This document shows positions 1 through 10,418 of a DNA stretch of 64,000 nucleotides, piece by piece. The DNA comes from Paracoccaceae bacterium. Its GTDB lineage: Bacteria > Pseudomonadota > Alphaproteobacteria > Rhizobiales > Stappiaceae. The notes under the pieces are model-generated. The model was given only the letters and a program-made list of their open reading frames with translations. It was not told the DNA's origin and made no database searches. The position numbers and the translations under genes were made by a program. The DNA lies in contig JABXHV010000025.1 in assembly GCA_013373445.1 (NCBI GenBank), positions 16,126 through 80,125 of the forward strand, written 5' to 3'. How positions within the stretch are numbered: the stretch's first letter is position 1; each line of letters opens with the position of its first letter.

Positions 1-254
1 TCACCGGGCTTTTCAGCTGGCTCGGGCGCATCCTCAATCGGTGTCTCGGTTGGCTTTACAGCAGCAACCTCACGCACCTCTGTCTCGCTCGTCTCACCTT
101 TGCGCAACTGGGTAAACTCTTCGATAGAAACAAGGTCAACCGGCAGGGATTCAACTGGCGGCGTTACAAACAGCTCTGCACCCGGCAACGCAATAGCGCC
201 CCAAAGCAGAATGGCCGAGTGGCCAAGCAGAGATGTTGCTAAACCTGCACGCAT
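1..254 (-). CDS. tolA: TolA-like cell envelope integrity protein, 5' part (runs off the window)
   Basis: Not in the ORF track. ATG at 254 translates MRAGLATSLLGHSAILLWGAIALP... (N-terminal TM helix) followed by an acidic/Pro-rich linker; lies directly downstream of tolQ-tolR. Confidence 0.85.
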   Translation of the reverse strand, partial: MRAGLATSLLGHSAILLWGAIALPGAELFVTPPVESLPVDLVSIEEFTQLRKGETSETEVREVAAVKPTETPIEDAPEPAEKPG

Positions 255-260
255 AATGGC

Positions 261-710
261 TTATGAGCCTCGTTCTTCCAGTGTCACCAGACCGAGACGT
301 TTGAAACCTGCCGCGTTGATGCGACCCATCAACTTCATGATCGTGCCGTAATCGGCATTCTGGTCGCCACGTACAAAAATACGTTCCTCATATCCGTTGG
401 CGGCAATGGCTTCCAGCTTCGGGACGACTTCATCGATGTCGATTTCGGTTTCCTGAATGAAAACCTGACCAGACTCCTTAACCGAAATTGTAATCGGTTC
501 CTGATCACCTTCCAGGGCCTTAGCCCGCGTTTCAGGCAAGTCAATTGGCACGCCGACGGTCAGCAAGGGTGCCGAAACCATGAAAATGATCAGCAGCACA
601 AGCATCACATCCACGAATGGTGTGACATTGATCTCGCTCATTGGCTGATGGCGGCGCCGACGTCTCCGCCTGCCGTTGTCGCCTGAACCATTCGCCACGC
701 TCATACCCAT
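261..710 (-). CDS. tolR: Tol-Pal system protein TolR
   Basis: MSEINVTPFVDVMLVLLIIFMV signature, ExbD/TolR family; tol operon context. Confidence 0.95.
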   Translation of the reverse strand: MGMSVANGSGDNGRRRRRRRHQPMSEINVTPFVDVMLVLLIIFMVSAPLLTVGVPIDLPETRAKALEGDQEPITISVKESGQVFIQETEIDIDEVVPKLEAIAANGYEERIFVRGDQNADYGTIMKLMGRINAAGFKRLGLVTLEERGS

Positions 711-713
711 GGC

Positions 714-1421
714 TTAAGCTCGCTCATCAATTTGACGGGACAGGATCGACGAAAATTCGTCTGCAAACCCTTCCATCCGGCTAACAGCCTTGCCAGCATC
801 CGAGGACAACTTGTTGTAGGCAATAACAGCGGGGATCGCCGCTAGAAGCCCTAGTGCGGTTGCGAACAGGGCCTCAGCAATACCTGGCGCCACAACAGCT
901 AGGTTGGTACTCTCCGAGCTAGCAATAGCCTGAAACGCGGTCATGATGCCCCAGACGGTTCCGAACAAACCAATAAACGGCGCAGAAGAGCCGACCGTCG
1001 CCAAGATCAACAAACGACTTTCTAACCGCTCCGATTCCCTCTGAATCGTTACGTCCATGACCCGGTCAATTCGTTGCTGCAGACTTCCAATCGCTGGACG
1101 CGCACCTTCATGGCTCCGCTTCCACTCGCGCATGGCTGCCGTAAACAAAGCAGCCATTGTGTGATTGGAGCGCCCTTGAAGGGCGCCGTAAAGTTCTTCC
1201 AGCGACTGCCCTGACCAGAAAACGGTTTCAAACCGGGTCATCTGGCGCCCGGTCCGCATGAACAAAAGCGACTTGTCGACGATAATGGCCCAGCACCAAA
1301 TGGATGCCAAAATGAGCCCAAACATCACGATTTTTACGACGATGTGAGCTTCCCAGAACAAAGCGAAGAATGAAATTCCACCTTCCTGGGCCGCTAACGT
1401 CGACTGAATAAGGTCATTCAT
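714..1421 (-). CDS. tolQ: Tol-Pal system protein TolQ
   Basis: LATVGSSAPFIGLFGTVWGIM and APGIAEALFATALGL motifs; likely ATG at 1421 (ORF track extends to 1481). Confidence 0.95.
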   Translation of the reverse strand: MNDLIQSTLAAQEGGISFFALFWEAHIVVKIVMFGLILASIWCWAIIVDKSLLFMRTGRQMTRFETVFWSGQSLEELYGALQGRSNHTMAALFTAAMREWKRSHEGARPAIGSLQQRIDRVMDVTIQRESERLESRLLILATVGSSAPFIGLFGTVWGIMTAFQAIASSESTNLAVVAPGIAEALFATALGLLAAIPAVIAYNKLSSDAGKAVSRMEGFADEFSSILSRQIDERA

Positions 1422-1584
1422 AAAACAATAAACCCCTTGGGCATTAGACACGAAACAGTTTGCGCCACACACGCGCGTCATTCATGGTCGTGGATTAAAT
1501 CTTAAACGGTGTTTGCCTGCTGATTTTGGCAAAACTGGGACCCAAACCAAGACAATCTCGAATGACCACAAGAATCAATTAAGG

Positions 1585-1600
1585 TTACGAGAGCGTTAAC
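1585..1600. promoter_or_regulatory. Candidate CtrA-binding site upstream of tolQ
   Basis: TTAC-GAGAGCG-TTAAC, one mismatch to TTAA-N7-TTAAC; an extra TTAA half-site at 1579-1582. Confidence 0.45.
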
Positions 1601-1631
1601 CCGTTGACCCCTTTTCGAAATTGTTTGAAAT

Positions 1632-2087
1632 TCAGTTCAGGTCGGAAGCTTGTGCCAGCTTGACTGCGAGCTCCGCGGGCAGCCTTGTTGCGCGTCCATC
1701 CAAGGTAATCACTGCAACAACAATATCGCAGGCGACAAGCAAAACGTCGTCACGATAGATCTTTTGCTCAAGTTCTATTCGCGCGCCCTTTAGATTTGTT
1801 ATGCGTGTCCGAACCTCAAGAACGTCATCAATTGTGGCAGGTCGTGAAAAGGTAAGCGTCATTTTTTTAACGGCGAAGGCCAAAGAACGATCATCTTTAC
1901 CATTCAGAAGTTCAGAATGATGAACGCCGGCAAGGCGCAAGAAGTCCGACCGACCGCGTTCAAAAAAACGAACATAGGATCCATGGTAGGCAATTCCGGT
2001 GAAATCCGTGTCTTCATAGTAAACTCGGACAGGCAGGTAATGCACTCCCCGCTCTAAGCGCCCGGATAGGTCTGGCCAACTGCTCAT
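1632..2087 (-). CDS. ybgC: Tol-Pal-associated acyl-CoA thioesterase YbgC
   Basis: RVYYEDTDFTGIAYHGSYVRFFERGR hot-dog thioesterase motif; position between ruvB and tolQ. Confidence 0.93.
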   Translation of the reverse strand: MSSWPDLSGRLERGVHYLPVRVYYEDTDFTGIAYHGSYVRFFERGRSDFLRLAGVHHSELLNGKDDRSLAFAVKKMTLTFSRPATIDDVLEVRTRITNLKGARIELEQKIYRDDVLLVACDIVVAVITLDGRATRLPAELAVKLAQASDLN

Positions 2088-2149
2088 GGCTTTCTGCCCT
2101 ACTGCCTGAAATTCTTGAGCGTCACAACACCCACCATTGAGTACATGCT

Positions 2150-3193
2150 TTAAGCGTCCGGTTCAGCAAACAAACCCATTTGGGGAATATCAGACCGATC
2201 CGGTACCGCAAGTCCGAGATGCCGGAACGCCACCTGAGTCAAAATTCGACCACGAGGCGTTCGTTGCAAAAAGCCGTTTTGAATAAGATAGGGCTCGACA
2301 ATATCTTCAATAGCATCCCGAGGCTCTGAAAGCGCCGCCGCAATTGTCTCGATACCAACAGGGCCTCCGCCAAAGTTCAGCGCAATCTGCTGCAGATAAC
2401 GCCGGTCAAGACTATCAAGACCGGCAGAATCCACCTCAAGCTGAGACAGCGCCCTGTCAGCCAGGGCACGGTCAACCGTCTCTGTCCCTGCAACAGCAGC
2501 AAAGTCCCGCACACGGCGCAGCAGGCGACCTGCAATACGCGGCGTCCCGCGCGACCGTTTTGCGATCTCCCGCGCACCATCTTCAGCCATACCCAAGCCA
2601 AGCAGCCGTGCGCCGCGCTTCACAATATGCTCAAGCTCCGGGATCGTATAAAATTCAAGCCGAACCGGAATACCAAACCGGTCCCGCAGAGGCGTGGTCA
2701 GAAGCCCCAAACGCGTCGTTGCTGCAACCAATGTGAATTTGGCAAGATCAATTTTCACCGAGCGGGCCGCGGGCCCCTCGCCAATGATCAAATCAAGCTG
2801 GTAGTCCTCCATCGCAGGATACAGAACTTCTTCAACCGCCGGATTCAAGCGATGTATCTCATCGATGAAAAGAACGTCGCGATCTTCCAGGTTGGTGAGT
2901 AGCGCAGCAAGATCACCGGCCTTGGCGATAACGGGACCCGATGTGGCACGGAAGTTGACACCAAGTTCTCGTGCCATGATCTGTGCAAGCGTTGTTTTGC
3001 CAAGTCCTGGAGGGCCGACAAACAAAACATGGTCGAGGGCTTCATTGCGCGATTTGGCGGCTTCAATAAAGATCTTCAGATTGGCGCGGGCCTGAGCCTG
3101 ACCAACAAAATCGTCCAGCACCTGCGGCCGCATCGTGCTGTCAATCTCGTCGCCCCGGATCTCGGGCGTTACGATACGCTGATCATCCGACAT
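2150..3193 (-). CDS. ruvB: Holliday junction branch migration helicase RuvB
   Basis: Walker [31 protein letters not shown]; ATG at 3193 (ORF track starts at TTG 3202). Confidence 0.98.
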   Translation of the reverse strand: MSDDQRIVTPEIRGDEIDSTMRPQVLDDFVGQAQARANLKIFIEAAKSRNEALDHVLFVGPPGLGKTTLAQIMARELGVNFRATSGPVIAKAGDLAALLTNLEDRDVLFIDEIHRLNPAVEEVLYPAMEDYQLDLIIGEGPAARSVKIDLAKFTLVAATTRLGLLTTPLRDRFGIPVRLEFYTIPELEHIVKRGARLLGLGMAEDGAREIAKRSRGTPRIAGRLLRRVRDFAAVAGTETVDRALADRALSQLEVDSAGLDSLDRRYLQQIALNFGGGPVGIETIAAALSEPRDAIEDIVEPYLIQNGFLQRTPRGRILTQVAFRHLGLAVPDRSDIPQMGLFAEPDA

Positions 3194-3428
3194 GGCTGGC
3201 AACCACGATCAAAAGCACCAGCAACAAAATACTGTAGCCAACACGAATTGCATAAAACTTACGGAACTGCTTCGACACATAGGGATCATCGGTCTCAACG
3301 CGGCGCCCCTTCATTGCAAAGGGACGATCCCCGACAGCCAAGGCGAAACGATGATCGATGTACATGATCCCGCCCATACCAAGCAGGAAAAACGAAATGG
3401 CGATCACTGCATAGGTCAGTGCAATCAT
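3183..3428 (-). CDS. Small membrane protein of unknown function (two hydrophobic segments)
   Basis: 81 aa; overlaps ruvA stop (ATGA, 3425-3428) and ruvB start, filling the gap exactly; hydrophobic N- and C-terminal helices. Confidence 0.7.
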   Translation of the reverse strand: MIALTYAVIAISFFLLGMGGIMYIDHRFALAVGDRPFAMKGRRVETDDPYVSKQFRKFYAIRVGYSILLLVLLIVVASHVG

Positions 3429-4042
3429 TGCGCAAGTTCCTTCAGACCCATGCGGATCAAGATTTCTGTCGAGGCGTCCTCGCCGGCGGCCTGCATTGCC
3501 TTCGCTACAGCAGCAGCGGCCTGCGGTTGACCATATCCCAAATTGGTCAATGCTGACACTGCCTCTGCGACCGGCCGCACAGCAACATTATCAGAAACAT
3601 CCTGCGACACAGAAATGGTTCCCGCATCAACACTGGCAAAGCTTGGAGCCTTGTCCTTCAACTCAGCGAGAAGACGTTCCGCAACCCGCTTCCCGACACC
3701 CGGCGCCCGTGAAATCGTTGCCTTGTCACCAAGAGCAATCGCATTGGCCACTTCGCTTGCTTTCAAAATACCGAGAATTGCGAGCGCCACCTTTGCGCCG
3801 ACGCCCTGCACAGTCATCAGCAGACGAAACCACTCGCGCTCCGCATCATCCGCAAAACCGTAAAGACGGATCATATCCTCGCGCACGATGGTCTCAATCG
3901 CCAGAACGGCTGCTTCGCCGACCCGAGGCAAGGTCTGCAGAATACGCGAAGGGCAATGCACTTGATAACAAACGCCATGCACATCAAGCAGCACGTAGTC
4001 CTCTCCATAAGAGTCTATCGTGCCTTTCAGTTTACCAATCAT
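3425..4042 (-). CDS. ruvA: Holliday junction branch migration protein RuvA
   Basis: MIGKLKG start at 4042; [13 protein letters not shown] HhH motif; ALTNLGY C-terminal domain. Confidence 0.97.
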   Translation of the reverse strand: MIGKLKGTIDSYGEDYVLLDVHGVCYQVHCPSRILQTLPRVGEAAVLAIETIVREDMIRLYGFADDAEREWFRLLMTVQGVGAKVALAILGILKASEVANAIALGDKATISRAPGVGKRVAERLLAELKDKAPSFASVDAGTISVSQDVSDNVAVRPVAEAVSALTNLGYGQPQAAAAVAKAMQAAGEDASTEILIRMGLKELAQ

Positions 4043-4554
4043 GCTGCCCCCATCTGAGCCAAACGTGCGCTTGTACTTCCGCGGTGATGCGCATGGCAAA
4101 TGGCTATAGCAAGCGCATCGGCAGCATCGTCGCTGTTAAATGTAGCTCGTGGCATCAGGACTTTCACCATCGCTCGGATCTGGTCCTTATCAGCGTGTCC
4201 AGTGCCGACCACCGTCTTCTTCACCAGGTTTGGCGCATACTCCGCAACGCCAAGACCTGCCAGTGATGGCACCAAAAGTGCTATCCCGCGGGCTTGTCCA
4301 AGCTTCAACGTGGCACCGGCGTCCTTGTTGACGAAGGTGAGCTCGACAGCAGCTTCCGCAGGTGCATGGAGTTCGACCACCCCACTCAATCCATTGTGAA
4401 GCTGCACCAGACGCTCAGCCAGGGTTTTCTTGTTGTCGGAGGTGACAGTGCCAGAGGCAATGAAGGTGAGACGATTGCCGATAGCTTCGACCACGCCCCA
4501 GCCGGTACGCCTGAGGCCTGGGTCTACGCCAAGGATTCGAATCGGTAGGTTCAT
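4039..4554 (-). CDS. ruvC: Crossover junction endodeoxyribonuclease RuvC
   Basis: [33 protein letters not shown] motifs; ATG at 4554. Confidence 0.97.
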   Translation of the reverse strand: MNLPIRILGVDPGLRRTGWGVVEAIGNRLTFIASGTVTSDNKKTLAERLVQLHNGLSGVVELHAPAEAAVELTFVNKDAGATLKLGQARGIALLVPSLAGLGVAEYAPNLVKKTVVGTGHADKDQIRAMVKVLMPRATFNSDDAADALAIAICHAHHRGSTSARLAQMGAA

Positions 4555-4650
4555 AGAACAAACCGGTAACAAAACTTGTCGGTTGACGCCAGTCCATGTC
4601 GTCGATACCTAGGTGATCTTGCCATTTTCTCAACCGAAAAGCGCCAATCC

Positions 4651-5412
4651 ATGTTCCAGATCTTCGATTCCTTCGATCCGACGATCGTCGCGGTTCTATC
4701 GTTGGCTCTTTTTGTTGCGGGATGCGTACGTGGCTTTGCAGGATTTGGCGCAGGCATGATCTATATGCCAATTGCGACAAGCCTTCTCTATCCGCCCATG
4801 GCCGCCGCGGGTTTTCTGTTCCTTGATATGGTCATCGCACTTCCTCTGGTGACCAAGGCTGTCAAGATTTGTGATTGGCGCACAATCATCCCCGCCGTGG
4901 TCGCCTCTGTGATCTTTGTGCACGCAGGGACCTGGTTCCTGGCTAATGCGGACGTGCTGGTTCTGCGCTGGGTGATCTTTGGAATCGTCGCAAGCCTATT
5001 GGTATTGCTTCTGTCCGGCTGGCGCTACCACCGCCGCCCGACCTCTTCAATTTCATTCGGAGTGGGAGCTGTTGCAGGCGTCCTTGGCGGGGTCAGCCAA
5101 GTGTCGGGGCCGCCCGTTGTTGCCTTCTGGCTCTCAAGCGCCAGTGAAACTGCCGTTGTACGGGCCAATCTGATCGTATTCTTCGCGCTCGCTGGTGTTG
5201 GGAGTATGGTCGCCTACGTGCTCAATGGGTTCTACACTCTGGATGTATGGCGCTTTCTGGTTTTTGCCGCACCCGCCTACGCCTTGGGACTGTTCCTGGG
5301 GTCAAAGGGCTTCGGGCGAGCAAACCCCAAATTCTATCGCTGGATTGCCTACACCTTGATTGCGATTTCTGCGATCACCAGCATGCCCGCACTTGACGGT
5401 CTCATCCGATAG
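4651..5412 (+). CDS. Sulfite exporter TauE/SafE family membrane protein
   Basis: Polytopic hydrophobic protein with GFAGFGAG and GVSQVSGPP repeats typical of TauE/SafE; ATG at 4651. Confidence 0.8.
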   Translation: MFQIFDSFDPTIVAVLSLALFVAGCVRGFAGFGAGMIYMPIATSLLYPPMAAAGFLFLDMVIALPLVTKAVKICDWRTIIPAVVASVIFVHAGTWFLANADVLVLRWVIFGIVASLLVLLLSGWRYHRRPTSSISFGVGAVAGVLGGVSQVSGPPVVAFWLSSASETAVVRANLIVFFALAGVGSMVAYVLNGFYTLDVWRFLVFAAPAYALGLFLGSKGFGRANPKFYRWIAYTLIAISAITSMPALDGLIR

Positions 5413-5427
5413 GTTGGAGGCGAGACT

Positions 5428-5736
5428 TTAATCAGCTTCGAGCGTCTTGATCCACTTCGAGACCTTCAAGTCCAGCAAACGCGAGAATTCAGTATCAAAC
5501 GCCTCGCGGCTTTCACTGGCTTGCGCAAATATAGCCATGGCAACAATAACCGTGTCCAAAGCTTCTTCGCGTACATCTGCCAGTGTCAACTTCTTGTAGG
5601 CGGATCCCGGCGCTCCTGTTGCCGACAGCACTGCCTGCGCCACCTCACCAGATTCCTCGCAAAGCTTCAGGCATCGCTCCTGCAAGGTCTTCGTATCCTG
5701 CGCTGTGAGCTCGTAAATTTCGGCCAATTTTTCCAT
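5428..5736 (-). CDS. MazG-like nucleotide pyrophosphohydrolase (single domain)
   Basis: KLCEESGEVAQAVL...EEALD acidic helix motifs of the MazG fold. Confidence 0.75.
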   Translation of the reverse strand: MEKLAEIYELTAQDTKTLQERCLKLCEESGEVAQAVLSATGAPGSAYKKLTLADVREEALDTVIVAMAIFAQASESREAFDTEFSRLLDLKVSKWIKTLEAD

Positions 5737-5756
5737 GCTGGTCTCAAAATCTCCAT

Positions 5757-6662
5757 TCAGGGAACTTCGTGGCCCAATCCAGCCTGATAAAGGGCAAACC
5801 AGGTTTCACGGTCGAGATTGACTTTCAAGGCGTCCGAAATGCGCGCGATACGCTCCAGGTTGTTCGTTCCCAGGACAGGTAGAATATTGGCGGGATGGGC
5901 AAGCAGGAAAGCAACCGCAACGGCCGCTCGATCGACACTGAACTGAGCGGCAATGTCATCGAGGTGCTGCCCGAGCATGCCGTCAGCAAGGCTGGCCTCA
6001 TCAAAAACCACACGTCCACCACCCAGCGGTGACCATGCCATGATGGGAGCCCCATGCCTTTGCATGAACGCAACATCTCCATTCGTGAATGGCTCCAGCT
6101 CACACAATGAGAGCTCAATCTGGTTTGTTGCCAGAGCCGTAGTCATTACCGATTGAAGTAGCTCCCAGTCCCAGGATTTGAAGTTGGACGCACCAACACT
6201 ACGGACCTTTCCGCTTGCGACAAGTTCGTCCAAAACAGCTCCCGTCTCATGATGATCCATGAAAGGGTCAGATCTATGAATAAGAAGAAGGTCAATCTCA
6301 TCAATTCCCATCTCCTGCAACGACGCATCGACAGAGTCGAGAATATGCTGGCGTGACGTATCATAATGCTTGTGGCGCTTGTCGGCGTGACGGCCTGTGG
6401 GGACCACGATGTCACACTTGGTGATGATCTCGAGCTTGGAGCGCAAACCGCGCTCGGCGCGCAACGCATCGCCCAGGAGGCGCTCAGCGGTATAGCCGCC
6501 GTAAACAGCTGCCTGATCAACGGTCGTAATTCCCTGATCGAGGCAGGCATGGATTTTGGCAGCAACGTGACTGGCAGACGTGTCATGGTCATTTGCCAGT
6601 CGCCACATGCCATAGACAAGGCGGCTCAGTGTAAGATCGCCAGAAATTGAAACACGCTGCAT
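5757..6662 (-). CDS. Aldo/keto reductase (YdhF-like)
   Basis: SRLVYGMWRL, DQAAVYG, IITKC, DLLLIHR, NQIELS, MAWSPLGGG, PVLGT motifs. Confidence 0.9.
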   Translation of the reverse strand: MQRVSISGDLTLSRLVYGMWRLANDHDTSASHVAAKIHACLDQGITTVDQAAVYGGYTAERLLGDALRAERGLRSKLEIITKCDIVVPTGRHADKRHKHYDTSRQHILDSVDASLQEMGIDEIDLLLIHRSDPFMDHHETGAVLDELVASGKVRSVGASNFKSWDWELLQSVMTTALATNQIELSLCELEPFTNGDVAFMQRHGAPIMAWSPLGGGRVVFDEASLADGMLGQHLDDIAAQFSVDRAAVAVAFLLAHPANILPVLGTNNLERIARISDALKVNLDRETWFALYQAGLGHEVP

Positions 6663-6737
6663 AACTTAATCTCTCCCAGAAGTCCGGCTGCCACCGATGG
6701 ACCTACCTTAAGCAGGCAACCTCCCAACTGCCCAGGC

Positions 6738-6763
6738 AAAAAATAACCCCGGCAAAGCCGGGG
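6738..6763 (-). terminator. Rho-independent terminator after yebC
   Basis: Stem CCCCGGC/GCCGGGG (6747-6763) followed on the minus strand by TTATTTTTT. Confidence 0.75.
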
Positions 6764-6787
6764 CTAAAACTCGATATGCAATCCGCT

Positions 6788-7534
6788 TTAAGACGCCAGA
6801 GACGCCATCGTCTCTTCATCAACATCGAAGTTTGAATAGACGTTTTGAACGTCATCATCGTCTTCAAGCATGTCGATCAGCTTCATCAAGGTTTGCGCTT
6901 TGTCTGCATCAACCGGGGTCAGGTTCTGCGGCTTCCAGATAATCTTCACGCTATCAGCTTCGCCAAGTGAACCTTCCAGGGCGCTCGCAACTTCACCAAG
7001 GTCCTCGAAGGCCGTGTAGATTGTATGGCCGCTTTCATCAGACTGGACATCCTCTGCACCGGCTTCAATAGCCGCTTCGAGAACAGCATCCGGCTCTCCG
7101 GCTTCTGGCTTGTAAATGATCTCGCCGACGCGATCGAACATGAAAGCTACAGACCCGGTTTCACCGAGCGACCCGCCGCATTTGGTAAAATAGGAACGGA
7201 TATTGGATGCAGACCGGTTACGGTTATCCGTCAGGGCTTCAACAACCACAGCAACGCCCGCCGGTCCGTAGCCCTCGTAACGGATTTCCTCGTAGTCGTC
7301 GCCTTCACCAGCCTGGGACTTGTTAATCGCACGCTGAATGTTGTCCTTCGGCATGGACTGGGACTTCGCGTTCTGGATCGCCAGACGCAAGCGTGGGTTT
7401 GCATCAGGATCCGGATCGCCCATCTTCGCAGCGACGGTGATTTCCTTGGACAGCTTTGAGAACATCTTGGAACGCACGGCGTCCTGACGCCCTTTGCGAT
7501 GCATGATGTTTTTGAATTTTGAATGTCCTGCCAT
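6788..7534 (-). CDS. yebC: YebC/PmpR family DNA-binding protein
   Basis: [15 protein letters not shown] start; [11 protein letters not shown]; [11 protein letters not shown] end. Confidence 0.96.
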   Translation of the reverse strand: MAGHSKFKNIMHRKGRQDAVRSKMFSKLSKEITVAAKMGDPDPDANPRLRLAIQNAKSQSMPKDNIQRAINKSQAGEGDDYEEIRYEGYGPAGVAVVVEALTDNRNRSASNIRSYFTKCGGSLGETGSVAFMFDRVGEIIYKPEAGEPDAVLEAAIEAGAEDVQSDESGHTIYTAFEDLGEVASALEGSLGEADSVKIIWKPQNLTPVDADKAQTLMKLIDMLEDDDDVQNVYSNFDVDEETMASLAS

Positions 7535-7635
7535 GGCTCTTCTCGGCTCTTCAGAATGTTTTGTTCATAATAACTGGCCCGCTTATAGGCAAAGCGTGCG
7601 CCAAAATCCAGCTTCAGGGCACATCAAAGCTCAGA

Positions 7636-8460
7636 TCACAGGTTCCAGAATGGAGGAACGATTGGATCAAGATGTCCGCCAATGCGCAATGGAGCCACTT
7701 TGACAGCAAGTCCTGTCCGGTCATCCGTCTCGACTGCTAGTCCACTTACAGTCGCCTCGCCTAAAGCAGGCGTAAACCGTCCACCCGGGATCTTACGCAT
7801 AAATCGATTGACCGGCTCTTCCTTGTCCATACCCAAGACACTGTCGTAATCGCCGCACATTCCTGCATCCGACATATAGGCAGTCCCACCAGGCAAAATG
7901 CGGTGATCTGACGTCGGCACATGGGTGTGCGTTCCCACAACCAGACTGACACGGCCATCCAGGAAATGACCCATCGCTTGCTTTTCACTGGTAGCTTCCG
8001 CATGCATATCGACAATGATGGCATCGGCAACATCGCCAAGCGGGCAATCATTTATGACGCGATCAATGGCTGTAAAGGGATCATCGAGCGGGTCCATGTA
8101 AACACGACCCATGACGTTGGCGACCATAACGCGGGCACCATTTCGCGCCGTATAAAGATGTGCGCCGCGGCCAGGTGTCCCTAAGGGAAAATTGACCGGT
8201 CGCAACAAAGTATCGTTGCGCTCAATATAAACGAGCGTATCACGCTGGTCCCAGACATGGTTGCCGGTTGTGACCACATCCGCACCTGCATCCAGGACGT
8301 CTTGCAGGATTCCTTCGGTAATCCCGAAACCAGAGGCGGAGTTTTCACCGTTCACAACGACAAAATCGAGCTCCTGCGCCTCAATGATATCCGGCAGCTG
8401 CTCAATAACGGCATTACGACCACTGCGGCCTACAAGGTCGCCAAGGAATAGTAACTTCAT
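7636..8460 (-). CDS. YmdB-like metallophosphoesterase (TIGR00282 type)
   Basis: FLGDLVG, NGENSA, TGNHVWD, DMHAEATSEK, GTHTHV, DAGMCG motifs. Confidence 0.92.
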   Translation of the reverse strand: MKLLFLGDLVGRSGRNAVIEQLPDIIEAQELDFVVVNGENSASGFGITEGILQDVLDAGADVVTTGNHVWDQRDTLVYIERNDTLLRPVNFPLGTPGRGAHLYTARNGARVMVANVMGRVYMDPLDDPFTAIDRVINDCPLGDVADAIIVDMHAEATSEKQAMGHFLDGRVSLVVGTHTHVPTSDHRILPGGTAYMSDAGMCGDYDSVLGMDKEEPVNRFMRKIPGGRFTPALGEATVSGLAVETDDRTGLAVKVAPLRIGGHLDPIVPPFWNL

Positions 8461-9065
8461 AAAACCTCATCAGGTCCGAAACGGCGATAGCCCTGTTCTG
8501 TCAAAATGCCATCCAACACCTCGTCGTGCGGCTCAGCAGGCACATGGTCCAGTTCCTGTATCGAAAACGCGATCCCAATGCAAAGAAGTTGGCTTTTTTT
8601 CTTAAGCGCGGCGATCGCCGTATCATAATGGCCTTTGCCATATCCGAGGCGGTTTCCGTGACTATCGAACCCGGCCAAGGGCATCAACAAGACATCCGGA
8701 TACACTTGCGGGGCATCAGCGCTCGGCCCCATGGTTCCAAAACCAGCACTTTCAAACGCTGTATCGGGTCCAAACTCACGAAACAACAAATGGGGATCCG
8801 CAACAATCGGCAGACAAAGACGATGCCCGCTTTTGCGCAAACCATCCAGCAGCGGACGAGGATCGATTTCATCTCGGATAGGCCAGAAACCGGCGACAAT
8901 CGCGCCATCGGGCAACAGCAAAGCGTCAAGATGCGCAACAAGAGCGAGTGATTGTTCGACCCTGTCTTGGACACTCATGGCTGCCCGCTTTGCCAAGACA
9001 TGTCTGCGAAGAGCGTTTTTTTGCTCCGCAAGAGAACCAGCGCTAACAGACATTGGACGAAACAC
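8457..9065 (-). CDS. ygfA: 5-formyltetrahydrofolate cyclo-ligase
   Basis: LLMPLAGFD..GNRLGYGKGHYD and VPAEPHD motifs; directly downstream of 6S RNA. Confidence 0.93.
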   Translation of the reverse strand: MFRPMSVSAGSLAEQKNALRRHVLAKRAAMSVQDRVEQSLALVAHLDALLLPDGAIVAGFWPIRDEIDPRPLLDGLRKSGHRLCLPIVADPHLLFREFGPDTAFESAGFGTMGPSADAPQVYPDVLLMPLAGFDSHGNRLGYGKGHYDTAIAALKKKSQLLCIGIAFSIQELDHVPAEPHDEVLDGILTEQGYRRFGPDEVL

Positions 9066-9091
9066 CCTGAAGGTCTTTTACGTGTAAATAC

Positions 9092-9244
9092 GACAGCCAC
9101 ACGACCGTTGGAAGTTGCAATCCCGGAGAACCTACTATGTAGGTGGGCGCCGTATGCAACAGACCACGGTCCAAAGCAGGGACAGCTCCCTAAGGAATGC
9201 GTAAGGCCCCGGGGATATGATTCCTGACGCGTCGCGCAGCCGCC
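9092..9244 (-). ncRNA. ssrS: 6S RNA
   Basis: Canonical zapA-ssrS-ygfA position. The 5' end GGCGGCUGCGCGAC pairs over 14 nt (with G-U) with the 3' end GUCGUGUGGCUGUC. Internal UAGGGAGCUGUCCCUG and AUACGGCGCCCACCU blocks resemble alphaproteobacterial 6S RNAs. Confidence 0.85.
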
Positions 9245-9286
9245 TGACTCATATAGCGATGGCAATTGCCTTTTGCAAAGGAAGCT

Positions 9287-9658
9287 TTAAGTCGCTTTGG
9301 GATCGGCGCTCAACCCTTGTGCAAGTTCTTCGATGCGGGCAGCAGCACTCTCTATGGCTGCAGACACGCTATCCTCCGCACTTTGGACCTGCTCGGCTTC
9401 TGAGGAATGCGCCTTGCGGACATCTTCGAGCTCACCCTCAAGAGCAGCAATCTTGCGTTCAAGTTCAGAAAGCTGATCCGTCGCCATGATACCCGCCATG
9501 ACCATGAGTCGCTGATCACCGATTTCACCGAAAGAACCACGTAATTCCGTGATCGACTTGTCGAACCGCGCAGCAAGGCCGATCAAACGATCTTCCTCTC
9601 CATCGTCGCAAGCCATGCGAAAAGAGCGCCCATTGATGGTCACGTTGATCTGGGCCAT
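9287..9658 (-). CDS. zapA: Cell division protein ZapA
   Basis: VTINGRSFRMACDDGEE..L...A and RLMVMAGIM motifs plus a C-terminal coiled coil. Confidence 0.92.
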   Translation of the reverse strand: MAQINVTINGRSFRMACDDGEEDRLIGLAARFDKSITELRGSFGEIGDQRLMVMAGIMATDQLSELERKIAALEGELEDVRKAHSSEAEQVQSAEDSVSAAIESAAARIEELAQGLSADPKAT

Positions 9659-9664
9659 CTTTTC

Positions 9665-9961
9665 CTAGCCTCCGTGACTGTCCAAAACGCCGCGGACAGT
9701 CTCCATCGCTGTAATCAAACGCTTGGAAACATCACGATTGGCGCTTTCAAGACGATTGGCGCGCGCTTCAACCTTGTCCAGATTGTCAGCAAGTTGAGAC
9801 CGGTCTTCACCCAATCGCTGCAAATCGGCTTGCAGATCTTTTAAGGACCGATCAGAAGCAAGACGGCGTTCAACAGATCCCTCGAGACTGCTCAGTGCGT
9901 TATCCAATCGCTGCAAGGCAGCGTCGAGCTTGGAAGTCGCAGGGGAGTCTGAAGATACCAT
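9665..9961 (-). CDS. Coiled-coil protein upstream of zapA (DUF4164-like; positional analogue of ZapB/ZauP)
   Basis: Heptad-rich all-helical sequence ending ITAMETVRGVL; ATG at 9961; conserved position before zapA. Confidence 0.75.
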   Translation of the reverse strand: MVSSDSPATSKLDAALQRLDNALSSLEGSVERRLASDRSLKDLQADLQRLGEDRSQLADNLDKVEARANRLESANRDVSKRLITAMETVRGVLDSHGG

Positions 9962-10418
9962 TCCCGTTTCACTCACTCTCAAATCCACGATTTACAATCA
10001 AACAGCGGACATAGACGTCCAAAACAGTCATTGTGAAGCCATTGCACAATCAGCCAACGGGCTCGAAATTAAATACGAGCACTGTGATCAGCCTATATTT
10101 TCAAGCGAATCGATCAGAAAGCTACAGTTATGGTTCACCCTTGCCGACAGAGATTAGGCAACTGAACTTCAAGCCGTCAATGGCTTGAAGCCAGAATCCT
10201 CAACTGCGTTATCGTCGCGTCACCAATGCAGATATAAAAGTGCACTTTGTTGACACCAGAAACGTTCCTGCTATTTGTCGGGCGCCTTTTAATTCAATCT
10301 TGGCCAACGCGGAGGATACGGCTAGGGTCTTACACCTAGCACCATCTCCGAAATTAGCAGAGCCAATGGGTCAAACCAACATTTCGGAAAACTCCGAAAA
10401 GCACGTAGCGGGAAAAAT

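Noticed and set aside
8952-9265. Short ORFs 8952..9227 and 8975..9265
   Set aside because: They overlap the 6S RNA and ygfA start and have no coding features.
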